Shown here: positions 59,506-64,000 of the stretch, in pieces | Layout of the letters: each line of letters begins with the position of its first letter | Numbering within the stretch: position 1 is the first letter of the stretch | DNA from: the human T2T-CHM13v2.0 reference genome, Homo sapiens | Direction: 5' to 3' (one strand) | DNA: 64,000 nt | NCBI RefSeq assembly: GCF_009914755.1 | Contig: NC_060931.1 | Notes under the pieces: model-generated | Told to the model about the DNA's origin: nothing | What the model saw: the letters and a program-made list of their open reading frames with translations, nothing else | Database searches by the model: none | Program-made: the position numbers and the translations under genes

Positions 59506-60572
59506 ATGAGAAATAAGTTTATTTCTATAATGTAAAAATCCATGCTCCGGGATTTGAAGAACTCTTGGAAAGCATTTTCTGCATCCCGCTGGTTGTGGAA
59601 GTGCTTTCCCTGCAAAAAGTTGTCAAAGTGCTTGAAGAAGTGGTAGTCGGTTGGCAAGAAGTCAGGTGAATATGGTGGATGAGGCAACACATCGCAGCCC
59701 AATTTGTTCAACCTTTGAAGCATTGGTTGTGTGACTCGTGGTCGGGCATTGTCCTGGGGAAGAATTGGGCCCCTTCTGTTGATCAGTGCTGGCTGCAGGC
59801 ATTGGAGTTTTCAGTGCATCTCATCGATTTGCTGCACATACTTCTCCAGTGTGCTGGTTTCACCGGGATTCAGAAAGCTGTAGTGGATCAGTCCAGCAGC
59901 TGACCAGCAAACAGTGACCATGACCTTTTTTGGTGCGAGTTTGGCTTTGGGAAGTGCTTTGGAGCGGCTTCTTGGTCTAACCACTGAGCTGGTTGTCGCA
60001 GGTGTCATGTAAAATCCACTTTTCATCACATGTCACAATCTGATCGAGAAATGGTTCATTGTTGTTGCGTAGAGTAAGAGAAGACGGCACTTCAAAATAA
60101 TGATTTTTTTGATTTTCGCTCAGCTCATGAGGCACCCACTTACCGAGCTTTCTCACCTTTCCAGTTTGCTTCAAATGCTGAATGACTGTAGAATGGTCGA
60201 TTCTGAGTTCTTTGGCCCCTTCTCATGTAGTTGTAAGAGGATCAGCTTCCATGATTGCTCTCAATTTGTCATTGTCCAATGACTGATGGCTGGCCACGAT
60301 GCTCATCTTCAAGGCTCTTGTCTCCTTTGCAAAACTTCTTGCCCCACCACTGCACTGTACATTCATTGGCAGTTCCTGGGCCAAATGCGTTGTTGATGTT
60401 GTGAGTTGTCTCCACTGCTTTACGACCCATTTTGAATTTGAATAAGAAAATCACTTGAATTGGCTTTTTGTCTAGCATCGTTTTCATAGTCTAAACATAA
60501 ACAAGTAATAAGTCATTAGCAAAAAAAAAAAAAGCCGATTAAAATGATGTATAACATAATCACATCTATTTA

Positions 60573-60880
<308 letters not shown>

Positions 60881-61082
60881 AAGATATTCCAGTATCAAAC
60901 AGCAAATTCCAGCAATGCAAAAACGGCAATTACTTTTGCACTCACCTAATATTTTTCTTATTTTGTTATTGTAATGTTTGTGTTATTCCGCAGGTTTTAG
61001 AGATACCATAAGGAGGTGTTTATTTTCTAAAATATACCATAATGTAGTTAAGGAATCAATGTATATGGTTTTACATTTTTAG

Positions 61083-61147
61083 CCAGAAGTTAAAAGAGAA
61101 GAAATTACTGGCAAAGAAGATGAAACTTGAACAGAAGAAACAAGAAG
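61083..61147 (+). CDS. PRKRIP1: PRKRIP1 exon 5 (QKLKEKKLLAKKMKLEQKKQE), 65 nt; the gene continues beyond the window
   Basis: ttttAG acceptor, G|GTGAGT donor, phase-compatible with exon 4. Confidence 0.93.
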
Positions 61148-61279
61148 GTGAGTGGTGCCCACTTTTCTTGGCTGTAGCTTCTTTCTTCTTGTTGGTCACA
61201 GTGGCTGAACTGTCAGGAAACACAGGGACGGAGAGTTTGGGCTGGTTGGCTGGCCACTGAAGAAATAACAGCTTATTCA

Positions 61280-62040
61280 TATTAGCTAGGACCCATTGAA
61301 TTGCAAGTATCAGAAAACCAAACTGGCTTAAGCAAAAAGATACTGGTTCAAGTTAGGTTGAGGACAGACCTCCCTTCTGGCATGGCTGGTCAGGGAGATC
61401 AGTGACATTGGTTATTGACATCTCCCCCTCTGTCCTGATGTCCTGTCCTCAGGCTCACACTCATGGTTTTGAGGTGCCTGCAGCAGCTCTCGGGGCTACA
61501 TCCCTCCTCGATCTTGTCCAGGAGGGAAAATTGAGAGGATGTCTCAGCTTTCCTAGCAAAAGTCTTTTTGTGTCTCTCTGGCTCTGATTGAGTCACTTGC
61601 CAGGTCAGGTAAGAATGCTTTTGGCTACAAGCAACAAAATGCAGCAACAAAGTGCCTAAACCACGAGGAGTTGGTTGTTTTTACAGGATGAGAAATCTGG
61701 TAGTAGGTGGCAGCGTGATGTGGCTCAGCAGTGTGGGCTGGCTCCCCCGCACGTTCCCTGGCCTTTACCCTGAGAGTATGAGGTGGCTCCCATGGCTTCT
61801 GGCACCGTACCTGTGTTCAAAGCAAGAAGAAGGGGAGTGAGGTGGTACTTATGTGGTCTGCCTTTTTTAAATTGGAGAGCAAAAGTTTCTCCAGAAGTGC
61901 CCAGAAGACATCACCTTAGATACTAGGTCATCTTTGCCATCACTAGCTGCCGTCAGGCTAGAGGAATAGAAAACAGAACTGTTGTAACCAACTCAAACCT
62001 ATCGTGATCCAGCACTGCGAGCTGAGTACATTGCCACCCT
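61280..62040. mobile_element. Old MLT1-type (ERVL-MaLR) LTR fragments
   Basis: TTGCAAGTATCAGAAAACC-AACTGGCTTAAGCAAAAAG and GGCTACAAGCAACAAAA starts are typical of MLT1J/K/L. Confidence 0.45.
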
Positions 62041-62354
62041 AGCCAGATCCAGGTCCCATTAATAAGGAAGAGTAGGAGGCAGGTTTGGCTGTTAGGTCAG
62101 CATCCCACCGTGCTGCCAATCCTGCCGCCTCTGAACTCATCACAATGCTAGTGGTGCTATCCCCCATCCCTGGGAACTCATGGGCTGTGAATAAGGGTGG
62201 GGGGCCCCAGCTGGAAAGGGCCAAGGATGCTAAGAGACCAAAAAATGACACTGTCCCCCACATGACTGCATCTATGGCTATTCCATGCTTGACTGGATCT
62301 GCTTCCTGAGTGCATGATTGTGGTTTTTGGTTTTAGGGTGAAGTCAGACTTTCA

Positions 62355-62522
<168 letters not shown>

Positions 62523-62525
62523 TCA

Positions 62526-62934
<409 letters not shown>

Positions 62935-64000
62935 CTAGAAGAAATTATTTTAAATTCCTAAAATGTGACTGATAGGACCTCATCTCTCAAATAAAGTACC
63001 TCAACACTTTCCCCTCCACCGCAACAGTAGATCATGGAAGTACTTGGCCCAAGTAGGAGGATTGGGCATAAAAGCTATTCTCACAATCTGTTAAGGGGTT
63101 ATTGTAGCTTGGACCTATTATATTTGGAAATTTGAGACCAGCCTGGGCAGCATAGTAAGACCCCATCTCTACAAACAGTAAAAAATCAGCCAGGCATGGT
63201 GGTGCACACCTGTAGTCCCAGCTTTTTGGGAGGCTGGGGCAGGAGGATTGCTTGAACCCAGGAGTTCAAGACTAGTCTGGGCAACATAGTGAGACCCCAT
63301 CTCTACAAAAAGTTTTAAAAATTGGTCAGGTGTGGTGGTGCACGCCTGTCGTCCTATCTAGTCTGGAGGCTGAGGCAGGAGAGTCGCCTGAGCCCAGGAG
63401 GTCAAGGCTGCAGTGAGCCATGATTGTGCCACTGCACTGCAGCCTGGGTGACAGAGCAAGATTCTGTCTCAAAAAAATAATAATAATAATAATAGATCTC
63501 CTTTGCTGAGTAATTTGACCCTCCCTCCTCAGGGTTTGTTGGTTTTGCTGCTTATCATTGTCATTGTTGCTATTTGTGTGTTTAGTGACTTTCCTAACAA
63601 ATTCTGTAAAACCTGTATTCTTTGTTGTGTTTGGACTCTGAAGTCTCTGCTCGGTCAGCTTAGTTGGTCAGTGGAAGATGAGAGATTTCCTTGAATGTCT
63701 TGAACCACCGCATCTCCCAGTCTTTGCCTAGGAGCTCTGTGTGTGTGTTGGAATGTGCCTCCAACCCCCTGGCAGGCAGTCTGCAATTTGCTGTAGCCTT
63801 TACTTCCTGCTTGCACAGAGCCTCCAGGGCAGCAGAGGCGAGCGGTCAGGGCCTTGGCTGTCTTTCTTGGGCATGTGCACTGCTCTGGTGGCCCTCTAGA
63901 GTCCCAGCTTTTCCTTTTAAGCTTTTTGGTCAGTTTCTTGTTTGTGTCAATCGTTACTGCTGTCTTGGTTGGTGGGATGTTAAACAGTTGTCACTGATGG

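Noticed and set aside
59430-60487. Functional mariner transposase or SETMAR copy
   Set aside because: Split over several frames with stops; no SET domain exons

Overview
Human (primate) genomic DNA, very Alu-dense, recognisable as the 7q22.1 SPDYE6 - LOC100289561 - PRKRIP1 region. The left ~38 kb is a mosaic of duplicated segments. (1) An intact 7-coding-exon Speedy/RINGO E gene on the minus strand: 1209-nt CDS, 402 aa, with a duplicated exon pair and a 75-bp coding tandem repeat. (2) A CpG-island promoter plus the 5' exons of an RBAK-type KRAB gene on the plus strand (MNTLQ exon, KRAB-A, KRAB-B), with no zinc-finger exon. (3) A promoterless, frameshifted copy of STAG3 exons 2-4 on the minus strand. 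From ~49.7 kb come the PRKRIP1 CpG island and coding exons 1-5; the last exon is outside the window. PRKRIP1 intron 4 holds a near full-length Hsmar1 mariner fossil, and one of its TIRs is the MIR548O locus. The most interesting inference is from exon phases: the orphan KRAB exons are out of frame with PRKRIP1 exon 2 but in frame with exon 3, and a (TG)14 tract sits just after the exon 2 donor. A read-through transcript could therefore switch between an NMD-targeted KRAB-only product and a KRAB-PRKRIP1 fusion protein. Gene and repeat family names come from recalled sequences, not database searches.
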